Shown one piece after another: positions 30,300 through 39,149 of a DNA stretch of 64,000 nt. Source of the DNA: Candidatus Sumerlaeaceae bacterium. GTDB taxonomy: Bacteria; Sumerlaeota; Sumerlaeia; Sumerlaeales; Sumerlaeaceae. The stretch covers positions 397,495 through 461,494 of the forward strand of contig JBMFRB010000001.1 in assembly GCA_049968255.1 (NCBI GenBank), in the 5' to 3' direction. Numbering within the stretch: position 1 is the stretch's first letter; every line of letters begins with the position of its first letter. Under the pieces are notes generated by a model. It was not told the DNA's origin, searched no databases, and saw nothing but the letters and a program-made list of their open reading frames with translations. The translations under genes and the position numbers were made by a program.

Positions 30300-32249
30300 A
30301 TGAGTAAAAGGAACGTTATCCGAACGGATGTCGTCATTGCTGGCGGCGGCTGCGGGGGCACAGCGGCGGCCCTGCAGGCGGCACGCATGGGGACGCGGGT
30401 GGTCTTGGTGGAAGAGACGCCGTGGCTCGGCGGCATGATCACAAGCGCGGGCGTGGTGGCGTTTGACGGCAATTGGGGAACACTAACTTGCGGCATCTAC
30501 CGCGAGATCGTGCGCGAGATCGAGATTTACTACGGCGGCCCGGCGAAGACTGGCACGGGCTGGGTAACGCTGACTGCCTTCGAGCCGCATGTGGTGGCGG
30601 AGATTCTCGAGCGATTGGTCCGGCGTGAGGATTTCATTCAGGTATTCTTCGAAGCTCAAATCACAGGGGTTTTACGCGAAAAGAATCGCATCAGAGGGCT
30701 CACCTTCCGTAGCAAGAACGGCGAGGAATTCGAGGTGCACGCCGCCGTGACAATGGAGGCGACGGAGTTTGGCGATATCATCGAGATGGCGGGTCTGGAG
30801 CATCGGCTAGGACGCGAATCCCGCAGCGAAACGGGTGAACCTGACGCGCCAGAGAAACCTGATCTGGAAATCCAAGACGTCACGTATGTGGCAATCGTGA
30901 AGGACTATCAAAAGGCCTATGGCCGGCCGGCTCCGCCGGTGCAGCCGTCAGAAGATTACGATCCCGCGCTTTTCCGCAGCTCGACGGCGCTCGACGTGGA
31001 CGAATCTATTGAGCATCCGCACACGCTACACACGTGGGAAACGTTCATCGATTACGGCAAGCTCCCACGGCATAAGTACATGATCAATTGGCCATTCCAC
31101 GCCAACGATTACCCTGACAGCTTGGCGTTTTTCGATCGCACGAAACGCCCCGACGCGTTTGTGCGGGCCAAGCGACACACGCTGAATTTCATTCACTATA
31201 TGCAAACGGTGCTTGGTCACCCCGAGCTCGGTATCGCGGATGATGAGTTCCCAACGCCCGATGGTCTGCCTTTCATTCCATACGTCCGGGAAACGCGACG
31301 GATTGTGGGCGATCGCGTCATGCGTGAACAGGATGTCCTGCCAAGCTTTGGCAACGGCACGCGCCCGCCCCTTCAACACGACTCGATTGCCGTGGGCGAC
31401 TATTTCCTCGATCATCACCATGCACGTGCGCACCCAGGTCACCCGAATTATTTTGAGGAACACTACCCTGCCAACGCGAAGTTCCAGGTGCCGTTCGGCG
31501 TGATTTTTCCGCGGGGAATCGACGGGTTCATGGCGATCGAAAAAAGCATCAGCGTTACGCACATCGTCAACGGCTGCACTCGTCTACAGCCGATTGTGTT
31601 GCTGATGGGGCAGGCAGCCGGCGCGGCGGCGGCACTTGCCGTGCGCAACGCGATAGAGCCGCGCCAGGTCAGCGTGCGCGATTTGCAGGAGTACCTCGTC
31701 GTGCGGGGCGTGATGCTTTATCCTTACGAGGATCTTCATGTCGAGGACCGCATTTTTGTCGAAGCACAGAAGCTCGCTCTCGCTGGCGTGGTCTTCGATG
31801 GTGAGGATTTTCAGTTCCGCGGGGATACAGCCCTTACGTGGGAACAGGTAGCTGAGCTAACGGCGAAGGCATCGGGCAAGGCTGCTGGCGGCTATCGCCA
31901 GGATCAAAGAACACTTTACGAGGAGCTCCTTCGCGAATGGGTGAGTGGTGTTGCCCAACTGCAGCATGTCCGCGATGGACAAACCAAGAGTCCTGTGACA
32001 CGTGCCGAACTAGCGGCGCTTCTGTGTCGCAGCGCCAGTATTGCACCCGCGGTAGAGGTAACAATTCGTTTTCTCGATATGCCGCATTCCCATTGGGCCG
32101 CACAATGGATTGAGCCACTCTATCGTCGCGACCTCTATGATGGGATTTGGCATGTCAATTTCCTTCCCGACAAGGCAGTGCCGCGCCACGAGCTGACACT
32201 CATGCTCGATCGGCTCTTTGAGCCTTTTCGCAATTTAGCTTCACAATAA
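30300..32249 (+). CDS. FAD-dependent oxidoreductase with C-terminal SLH-like repeats
   Basis: IAGGGCGG, EETPWLGG, ATEFGD, PYVRETRRI, TRLQP..GQAAG; C-terminal VTRAELA, FLDMPHSHWA, FLPDKAVPRHE. Confidence 0.8.
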   Translation: MSKRNVIRTDVVIAGGGCGGTAAALQAARMGTRVVLVEETPWLGGMITSAGVVAFDGNWGTLTCGIYREIVREIEIYYGGPAKTGTGWVTLTAFEPHVVAEILERLVRREDFIQVFFEAQITGVLREKNRIRGLTFRSKNGEEFEVHAAVTMEATEFGDIIEMAGLEHRLGRESRSETGEPDAPEKPDLEIQDVTYVAIVKDYQKAYGRPAPPVQPSEDYDPALFRSSTALDVDESIEHPHTLHTWETFIDYGKLPRHKYMINWPFHANDYPDSLAFFDRTKRPDAFVRAKRHTLNFIHYMQTVLGHPELGIADDEFPTPDGLPFIPYVRETRRIVGDRVMREQDVLPSFGNGTRPPLQHDSIAVGDYFLDHHHARAHPGHPNYFEEHYPANAKFQVPFGVIFPRGIDGFMAIEKSISVTHIVNGCTRLQPIVLLMGQAAGAAAALAVRNAIEPRQVSVRDLQEYLVVRGVMLYPYEDLHVEDRIFVEAQKLALAGVVFDGEDFQFRGDTALTWEQVAELTAKASGKAAGGYRQDQRTLYEELLREWVSGVAQLQHVRDGQTKSPVTRAELAALLCRSASIAPAVEVTIRFLDMPHSHWAAQWIEPLYRRDLYDGIWHVNFLPDKAVPRHELTLMLDRLFEPFRNLASQ

Positions 32250-32293
32250 TTGAACGACGGACCAGTTGCCCGCGTTGCACCTAGGCGCGGTTA

Positions 32294-32331
32294 TGCATTG
32301 TTGAATATTTGGCTGATTTTCCAATAATGCA
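32294..32331. promoter_or_regulatory. Imperfect inverted repeat, probable ArsR operator/promoter
   Basis: TGCATTGTTGAATA ... TTTCCAATAATGCA (11 of 14 complementary), 15 bp before the ArsR start. Confidence 0.5.
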
Positions 32332-32346
32332 ATATCGAACACTTCC

Positions 32347-32709
32347 ATGAACAAGACTGCGACAAGAAAAAACCTCAAAGAACTGCCCCAATTCTCGATG
32401 CGCCATCGGTTGCGAGCTCATATCCTCAAAGCCCTGGCGCATCCAGTGCGTTGGTATTTCGTCGAGGTCCTGGCGCACGGCCCACAGTGCGTGTGTGATC
32501 TCCAGCATCTGGTGAATCTCGACATGTCGACTGTGTCGAAGCATCTCGCCGTGCTGAAGCAGGCCGGTATCGTCTGGGACGAAAAACGCGGCACACAGGT
32601 GCTTTATCACCTCGCAACCCCGTGTGTGCTGAACGTGATCCCATGCGTCGAAGGAGTACTTGTTGCAGACATCAAACAGAAAATGGAGGCCATGAAGAGC
32701 GATGAGTGA
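32347..32709 (+). CDS. ArsR/SmtB family transcriptional regulator
   Basis: KALAHPVR, CVCDL, STVSKHLAVLKQAG. Confidence 0.9.
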   Translation: MNKTATRKNLKELPQFSMRHRLRAHILKALAHPVRWYFVEVLAHGPQCVCDLQHLVNLDMSTVSKHLAVLKQAGIVWDEKRGTQVLYHLATPCVLNVIPCVEGVLVADIKQKMEAMKSDE

Positions 32710-34093
32710 GATTCCGGGCAACGAGCAAGTACCGAGCGACGACTTTCCCGCGGCATTGAGCGTAAGTCAGCGCTTTGTCACTTTCCTCAGCAGGCTACAA
32801 GAATTCGAGTGGAAGACTTTTCTCACATTGCTGTGCGTGTTCATCCTTGCGTATTTCTTGCCCGTGGGCACGCCACGGTTCGATGCCGCGGTTCAGGAAT
32901 CGTTGCACCTTGTTAAGTGGTATGCACGCGAGCACGTGCTGTTGTGCCTTGTGCCTGCTTTCTTCATTGCGGGCGCAATTAGCGTATTTGTGAGCCAGGC
33001 TTCAGTGATGCGCTACCTGGGACCCAACGCAAATAAGCTGCTGGCTTATGGCGTGGCTTCTGTTTCGGGCACCATTCTCGCGGTATGTTCGTGCACGGTA
33101 TTGCCGCTTTTTGCGGGCATTTACAAGATGGGAGCAGGATTGGGTCCTGCCATTGCATTCCTATATTCTGGTCCGGCGATCAACATCCTGGCTATTGCAA
33201 TGACAGCGCGCGTGCTAGGTCTGGAGCTCGGCCTTGCCCGGAGCATTGGGGCGGTGAGTTTCAGCGTTTTGGCGGGTTTAGCGATGCACCTGCTTTTCCG
33301 CGGAGAGGAGCGCGAGAAGGGGCGCGTTGCCGCGATGATGCCTGAGCCCGAAGTAAAGCGGCCGTTATGGCAAAACGTGATATTTCTCGGATCTCAGGTG
33401 GCCGTGCTCGTGTTTGCAAACTGGGGCAAGCCTGATGTATCATCCGGATTGTGGTACGCGGTGTACCAACAGAAGTGGCTGATGACCGCCGCCAGCGCGC
33501 TTGTGCTGGCCATAACATTGCGCCAATGGTTTGGCGTGTCGACACAAGCCATACTGGCCAGCATCGTTGCCACGGGTTTGGCCGCATTTGTCGCGCCGCA
33601 TGAACCACTGATTCCTTTCGTCGTCGGTGTTATCGCTCTGACGCTGATCACAGCACTTGGCGCCAACGACGAGCTCAACGCGTGGGCTGCGGCCACGTGG
33701 ACTTTTACCAAGCAGATATTTCCGCTCCTTTTTGCGGGCGTATTTGTGGCCGGAATTTTACTCGGACGTCCGGGGCACGAAGGTCTCATTCCCAACCGCT
33801 GGGTAGAGAGCCTCGTGGGAGGCAATTCCGTGTGGGCGAATTTTTTTGCCAGCGTCTCTGGCGCGCTGATGTACTTTGCCACGCTCACGGAGGTACCCAT
33901 TTTGCAAGGACTTCTTGCAAGCGGGATGGGCAAGGGACCAGCGCTTGCCCTGTTACTTGCGGGACCAGCGTTGTCGCTCCCCAGCATGCTTGTTTTGAGA
34001 AGTATCATGGGCACGAAAAAGATGCTCGTTTATGTGACAATTGTCGTCCTTTTGGCCACGATTTCGGGGCTCCTCTACGGGTCCTTCTTTTAG
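32702..34093 (+). CDS. ArsP-family (DUF318) permease
   Basis: HVLLCLVPAFFIAGAI, AVCSCTVLPLF, FLYSGPAIN, YFATLTEVPI, LLAGPALSLP; many TM helices. Confidence 0.88.
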   Translation: MSEIPGNEQVPSDDFPAALSVSQRFVTFLSRLQEFEWKTFLTLLCVFILAYFLPVGTPRFDAAVQESLHLVKWYAREHVLLCLVPAFFIAGAISVFVSQASVMRYLGPNANKLLAYGVASVSGTILAVCSCTVLPLFAGIYKMGAGLGPAIAFLYSGPAINILAIAMTARVLGLELGLARSIGAVSFSVLAGLAMHLLFRGEEREKGRVAAMMPEPEVKRPLWQNVIFLGSQVAVLVFANWGKPDVSSGLWYAVYQQKWLMTAASALVLAITLRQWFGVSTQAILASIVATGLAAFVAPHEPLIPFVVGVIALTLITALGANDELNAWAAATWTFTKQIFPLLFAGVFVAGILLGRPGHEGLIPNRWVESLVGGNSVWANFFASVSGALMYFATLTEVPILQGLLASGMGKGPALALLLAGPALSLPSMLVLRSIMGTKKMLVYVTIVVLLATISGLLYGSFF

Positions 34094-34177
34094 AAAAAGA
34101 AGGGAACACGTTGAAGATCATCGAGCCCCTTTCCAGGCAGACAAAAAATCGAAAAAACAAGAAAGGAGAGTCGCAAG

Positions 34178-34411
34178 ATGGTCAAAATTCAAATTCTGGG
34201 AACGGGTTGCGCCAAGTGCAAGAAGCTCACCGAACTTGCTGAGCAGGCCGCAAAAGAATTGGGCCTTGAGTACGAACTGGAGAAAGTGACGGACATCAAC
34301 AAAATCATAGAGTTCGGCGTGATGTCAACGCCCGCGTTGGCGATTAATGGGCAGGTCAAGCTAGCTGGAAAACTTCCGACTGTGGACGAAATGAAGACGC
34401 TGCTGAAGTGA
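34178..34411 (+). CDS. Small redox-active disulfide protein (thioredoxin family, MTH895-like)
   Basis: ILGTGCAKC, GVMSTPAL; RBS AAGGAG. Confidence 0.9.
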   Translation: MVKIQILGTGCAKCKKLTELAEQAAKELGLEYELEKVTDINKIIEFGVMSTPALAINGQVKLAGKLPTVDEMKTLLK

Positions 34412-34506
34412 CCGCTCAACCGACAGACGCACGGCGGCGCCTACCACGCGAGGTAAGCGCCGCGCACCCAAGCGCTCAAGATTTCAGAGCAAAAGGAGAG
34501 AAAGAT

Positions 34507-35004
34507 ATGAAGCTCGATGGACTCACAAAAGCAGCTGTTCTTCTCTTTGTCGCCGTCTCGCTTTCGGTCTGGGCAGACACGACCGGAAGCAAAACGCGAA
34601 ATGGTGGTTCCGGCAGCAGCAAACCGGACAAGTTAGAGAGATCCGAAAAGGCTCCAACTGAAAAGACTGTGCTCACTGTGTACTATTTTCACGGTCATGT
34701 TCGATGCTCTAACTGTATCAATTTTGAGCACTTTACCGATGAGCTTCTAAAACGCGATTTCGCAAAGGAGCTCGCAAGCGGGCGCATTGTGTGGAAAGTC
34801 GTAAACGTAGATTTACCTGAGAACTCGCACTTTGTAGACGAGTACAAGCTCTACACCAAGTCGCTGGTCCTTGTGCCGCACAGTTCTGGCAAAAGCGGCG
34901 AGTACAAGAACCTTACGAAAATTTGGCAATTCGCGGGCGACAAGGCAAAGTTCCAGGCTTATGTGAGAGAAGAGATCCTGAAGCTTCTTGGAGAGAGCAA
35001 GTGA
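34507..35004 (+). CDS. Exported thioredoxin-like protein, ArsF-like
   Basis: Signal peptide, VYYFHGHVRCSNC, VNVD..EN.HF..Y; RBS AAAGGAG. Confidence 0.75.
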   Translation: MKLDGLTKAAVLLFVAVSLSVWADTTGSKTRNGGSGSSKPDKLERSEKAPTEKTVLTVYYFHGHVRCSNCINFEHFTDELLKRDFAKELASGRIVWKVVNVDLPENSHFVDEYKLYTKSLVLVPHSSGKSGEYKNLTKIWQFAGDKAKFQAYVREEILKLLGESK

Positions 35005-35747
35005 TGTTCAATGGGATGGGAACCTCCTGTTTAATCCTCGCCACAGCCCTATGGGTGGGGATACTCACGTCGATAAGTCCATGCCCATTGGCGACAAACA
35101 TCGCCGCGATGTCTTATCTTGCAAAGCATGTCGGCGCCCCCCGCATGGCTGTAGAGCGGGGAGTCCTGTACTCGGTTGGAAGAACTCTTGCTTATATCAT
35201 CCTGGCAGTGATCTTTGTTAAAAGCGCCTTATCCTCCCCCCGAGTGGCCCAAGTTATTCAGAAAGTCATGAGTGTAGTCATTGGCCCGCTACTGATTTTC
35301 ATTGCCTGCTTTCTTCTAGAGTGGGTCCGGTTGCCAAGCTTTTCGCTCGTGGGCGAGAGTGAACGAATTCAAAAATGGGCAGAGCGCTCTGGTAACCTAG
35401 GTGCCCTGCTCCTGGGATTTGTTTTTGCCCTTACGTTCTGCCCGGTGTCAGCAGGCTTGTTTTTTGGCACACTTATTCCCCTCGCGCTTCAGACCCAGTC
35501 TGTGTTCTTCGTGCCTGCCCTCTACGGGCTAGGCTCTGCTATGCCGGTGGTGGCTTTTGCGCTAGTGCTTGTTTTCAGTGCGGCGAGTCTGGGCAAAATT
35601 TTTAACGTCATGACCCATGTGGAGAAATGGGCACGCACCATAACAGCGGTTGTTTTCTTCCTGGTTGGACTGTTCCTCATGTGGCGAAGCTTGCCATTTT
35701 ATGTGGAGTGGCTGGGAATCAGATCATCAATGGAGGGTTTACAATGA
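35004..35747 (+). CDS. CcdA-like membrane protein, ArsG-like
   Basis: TSISPCPLATNIAA, LGFVFALTFCPVSA; about 6 TM helices. Confidence 0.8.
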   Translation: MFNGMGTSCLILATALWVGILTSISPCPLATNIAAMSYLAKHVGAPRMAVERGVLYSVGRTLAYIILAVIFVKSALSSPRVAQVIQKVMSVVIGPLLIFIACFLLEWVRLPSFSLVGESERIQKWAERSGNLGALLLGFVFALTFCPVSAGLFFGTLIPLALQTQSVFFVPALYGLGSAMPVVAFALVLVFSAASLGKIFNVMTHVEKWARTITAVVFFLVGLFLMWRSLPFYVEWLGIRSSMEGLQ

Positions 35748-36127
35748 GCTCATGTTCTTGTGGTGCTCGCTTGGTGTACAGAGCTGTGTGCTCCTGTTCG
35801 GGAGCAGCGGACACGGGGTGTATCGCCGATCATGCGGCCCGACTTATTTCAGCACGTAAAATCGCAAAGGGGTCCTGCGCCGCAGCGATAGCCGCTGGCG
35901 ACGAGGAGATTTCCAATTGGACTGTGGCATCGGAACACGTTCTTGTGATTGATGGTTGCGAGAAAAGTTGTGCGAAGAAGATCCTTGAAAGCCGGGGCTT
36001 CATCGACCTGCTTCACGTACGTGTGACGGATTTGGGCATGGAGAAAGGCAAAACGCCTGTTACCGACGAAGCGGTGGAGAAAGTTGTCGCCCACGCGGTC
36101 GCGCTGTTTCCAGCGAAGAAGAAGTGA
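35744..36127 (+). CDS. DGC domain (putative zinc-binding) protein
   Basis: CSGAADTG, C.AAI, VIDGCEKSCAKK; ATGA overlap, GGAGG RBS. Confidence 0.85.
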   Translation: MSSCSCGARLVYRAVCSCSGAADTGCIADHAARLISARKIAKGSCAAAIAAGDEEISNWTVASEHVLVIDGCEKSCAKKILESRGFIDLLHVRVTDLGMEKGKTPVTDEAVEKVVAHAVALFPAKKK

Positions 36128-36219
36128 AAGTCACCCAGGAGAGAACCAAACTTCCAGCCAGCAACGAAAACTTGAAAGCTGTAACATGCAACGACACTGA
36201 CTAGTCCTCCAAAAGCCTG

Positions 36220-36264
36220 AACCTGGATCTCACGTGTGTGCGGTGAAATCCGGGTTGTCTTTTT
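36220..36264 (+). terminator. Terminator after the ArsR cluster
   Basis: AACCTGGAT-cTCAC...GTGAa-ATCCGGGTT stem then GTCTTTTT. Confidence 0.55.
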
Positions 36265-36607
36265 CCCCCGCCTGTTGAAAAGGGCATGCGAACAAAAAAT
36301 CTTCACTCATCTGAGCGCTGCCACCCGTGCTCTCTGTGAGATAAACTTGGCAGAGGGCCGTCATTCTCGGCAATAGGCTATTCCTGCCCGTATATTCTCG
36401 CTAACAGCAGATGACCGTTTCGCCAAAACGACAGCGCTCCACGTCGATGGAGTTGTCTTTTCCTGAGAATTTTAGTCAGCGACGTCTACCTGTGGCTCTT
36501 TTCTTACTGAGAACGTATGTTCAGAAAATTGTCCTCGAGGGAAGAGCAAAATGAGACAGATTTCGAACGTTTCCGGTGGATGCGGTGGAATAAACTACGA
36601 AACGGAC

Positions 36608-36700
36608 TGGCGGAGAGGGGGGGATTCGAACCCCCGCTACAGGTATTCCCCGTAGGACGGTTTAGCAAACCGCTGCCTTCAGCCACTCGGCCACCTCTCC
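36608..36700 (-). tRNA. tRNA-Ser (anticodon GCT), CCA encoded
   Basis: GGAGAGGTGGCCGAGTGGCTGAAGGCA-GCGGT-TTGCTAA-ACCGT, long variable arm, GGGGGTTCGAATCCCCC, CCTCTCCGCCA. Confidence 0.96.
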
Positions 36701-36846
36701 GTTTGCCAAACCTGTCCGAATTTACGTGCTTTGCAGTCAAGTATTCAGTCGCAAGGCACAGTCCGTGCGCTTGCGCACACGGACGATTCCATGCTTGCGC
36801 TGAGTGAGCGTAACTGCGTACTTATTGGCTTTGGAAGGAGCGCTGA

Positions 36847-37968
36847 ATGAGCAACAAGGATGATTCCGCGTGGAATGAGTCGAACTTTCAAGAAATCGAC
36901 AATGAGCACTACGCACGTTTCAAAGATCTTATTGCAGCGGCAGTGCGCGAAGGAGCGAGTGACCTGCATCTGAGAGCTGGTCAACCGCCACGCGTGCGCA
37001 TTGATGGGCAGCTTTACCTCGTGGATGGTCCTCCGATTACCGAGGAGGCGCTCCGGACGTTTGTTTACTCGATGCTCCAGCCGGAACAAATTGAACGTTT
37101 TGAGCGAACGCACGAGCTGGATTTTTCGCAGACCTTCCCTGGGATCACGCGATCGCGTTTCAATCTTTACGTGCAGCAAGGGATGCTGTGTGTGTCCGCG
37201 CGCCTGATTCCCGAGCGCGTTCCCTCTATGGAGGAAATCTTATTGCCGCCCATTGTCTACTCTTTCGTCAATTTGCAGTCTGGGCTTGTTCTGGTCACAG
37301 GGCCCACAGGCAGTGGCAAATCCACGACATTGGCTGCGGTGATTGACTACATCAACGAGAACCGCCGGACGCACATCCTGACAATCGAAGACCCGATCGA
37401 ATATGTGTTCAAAGAGAAGCGTTCCATGATCAGTCAGCGCGAGATGTCGCTCGACACACTGAGTTATCACCACGCACTGCGCCATGCGTTCCGCCAGGAT
37501 CCGGACATCGTCATGATTGGCGAAATGCGAGACCTGGAGACGATGCAAGCGGCCATTACGCTAGCTGAAACAGGACACTTGACGTTTTCCACGCTGCACA
37601 CAACTGAAGCTGCCACGACCATCAACCGCATTATTGACTCTTTCCCGCCGCACCAACAGCCGCAAATCCGAGCGCAGCTCGCTGTGTCGCTCCAGGGAAT
37701 CATCTCGCAGAAGCTCGTTCCGCTCAAAGACCGGCGGGGGCGCGTGGCGGCACGCGAAATCCTCGTTTGCAACCGCGCTGTGCGCAATCTCATCCGCGAG
37801 GGCAAGGTGCCGCAAATTTTCTCAGCTATTCAGACCGGCATTGAAGAAGGAATGATAACGCTCAACGCCTCGCTGGGCGAGCTCTATCGCCAGGGGGTTA
37901 TCAGCTATGAGACAGCCCTCGCCCACGCTACTGATCGGCGTGATTTTGCCCAGAAATACGGCAGTTAG
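36847..37968 (+). CDS. pilT: Type IV pilus retraction ATPase PilT
   Basis: ASDLHL, GPTGSGKSTT, EDPIEY, QDPD, GEMRD, ETGHL, TLHT, AVRNLIRE (AIRNLIRE motif). Confidence 0.92.
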   Translation: MSNKDDSAWNESNFQEIDNEHYARFKDLIAAAVREGASDLHLRAGQPPRVRIDGQLYLVDGPPITEEALRTFVYSMLQPEQIERFERTHELDFSQTFPGITRSRFNLYVQQGMLCVSARLIPERVPSMEEILLPPIVYSFVNLQSGLVLVTGPTGSGKSTTLAAVIDYINENRRTHILTIEDPIEYVFKEKRSMISQREMSLDTLSYHHALRHAFRQDPDIVMIGEMRDLETMQAAITLAETGHLTFSTLHTTEAATTINRIIDSFPPHQQPQIRAQLAVSLQGIISQKLVPLKDRRGRVAAREILVCNRAVRNLIREGKVPQIFSAIQTGIEEGMITLNASLGELYRQGVISYETALAHATDRRDFAQKYGS

Positions 37969-37990
37969 AGCGTAGCGGCGATCGCGGGCC

Positions 37991-38509
37991 TCAGCTTGTA
38001 GGATTGCTCCTAGAGTGGCGGCGACGCCAGTCTTGCTCAAACTCAGCAACGAAACGTTCCTGCTCATCCGTTTCTACGGAGCCAGGCCGCTTGCGCCGCA
38101 CGAATGCGATGGCGTCCCCTGCAGGATAGCCTTGGGTGACGAGATAACAAGATAGCATAGTTCCAGTGCGACCATATCCCGCATGGCAGTGCACCGCTAC
38201 GGCTTTCCCCTGTGCCCGTTGATGGTCGACAAATTCCACAAAGCGGTGCGCCTGCTCGAGGCTCGGCGTGCCAAAATCTGGGATCGGCAGGTGCAAATAA
38301 GGAATGCCAAATTCGGCAAGTGCGTGAAGTGGCAAGCCCGTCTCATCGAGCGAAATCAAGGCTCCGATGCCGTGATTTAGCAGCTGTTGGAGAGCTTGCC
38401 GTAGGTTGCCTGAGGAGTGTGGGTGAGCACATCCGGCCAGGACACCATCCACGACGTACGAAAAATTTCGAAGCAAGCGCACCACTCCTCGCGGCTCGGC
38501 GATTGGCAA
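37991..38509 (-). CDS. Dual-specificity/Tyr protein phosphatase (DUSP23-like)
   Basis: NFSYV, HLPIPDF, VHCHAGYGRTG (HCx5R), RPGSVET..Q. Confidence 0.88.
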   Translation of the reverse strand: MPIAEPRGVVRLLRNFSYVVDGVLAGCAHPHSSGNLRQALQQLLNHGIGALISLDETGLPLHALAEFGIPYLHLPIPDFGTPSLEQAHRFVEFVDHQRAQGKAVAVHCHAGYGRTGTMLSCYLVTQGYPAGDAIAFVRRKRPGSVETDEQERFVAEFEQDWRRRHSRSNPTS

Positions 38510-38533
38510 AGGTGCGCCACCACCAGAAGCCGC

Positions 38534-38971
38534 CTAACAATAATGGTCGAATGCATTGGTCAGGTCGCGTGCAATCGCGTAAGGATCGCGCCCTTCAATA
38601 TCCTGACGCTGAAGCATAAATACAACCTTGCCCTCACGAAGCAAGGCCATTTGAGGCGACGAAGGGGGATAGCCAACAAAGTAGCTGCGAGCCCGTTCCA
38701 CCGCTTCGCGATCCACGCCGGCAAACACGGTGACCACGCGATCGGGCAGTTTGGAGTGGCGAAGAGCCAAGGCGACGGCGGGACGAGCACCGCCCGCTGC
38801 ACAGCCACAGACCGAATTCACCACGACCAGGACGGTGCCTTTGTGGGTGAGGGCTTCATCCACCTGCTCAGGCGTACGCAGATCCTCAACGCCGAGCGAG
38901 GTGAGTTCTTGGCGCATTGGTTCTGTCATTTCCGGTGGATACATGGGGGCCATACGGAAAAAGCTGCTCAT
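38534..38971 (-). CDS. BrxA/BrxB family bacilliredoxin (DUF1094)
   Basis: PMRQELT, VNSVCGCAAGGARP, TVFAGVDREA, PSSP. Confidence 0.9.
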   Translation of the reverse strand: MSSFFRMAPMYPPEMTEPMRQELTSLGVEDLRTPEQVDEALTHKGTVLVVVNSVCGCAAGGARPAVALALRHSKLPDRVVTVFAGVDREAVERARSYFVGYPPSSPQMALLREGKVVFMLQRQDIEGRDPYAIARDLTNAFDHYC

Positions 38972-39149
38972 TCTTCGTCGCTCCTTGTGGCGCTTGTGTT
39001 TTGGAATCGTGCAGAATTAGTACCTAATTAGTCTGTTTTCATTCAGAATCTTCTCTCAGAGTGCCCTCGGCTAAAAGAGAATGCGCAAAAGCATGCGACA
39101 CTGTGTTATTGATTGAACAGGCAGCAGGATTTTGCCTGATAACGCACAA

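Noticed and set aside
34178-36127. Selenocysteine read-through in the thioredoxin/DGC cluster
   Set aside because: All redox motifs use Cys codons; the TGA codons fall at expected protein ends
32250-36700. Integrative element at tRNA-Ser carrying the ars-like operon
   Set aside because: No integrase and no duplicated tRNA 3' end (att) found at the left boundary
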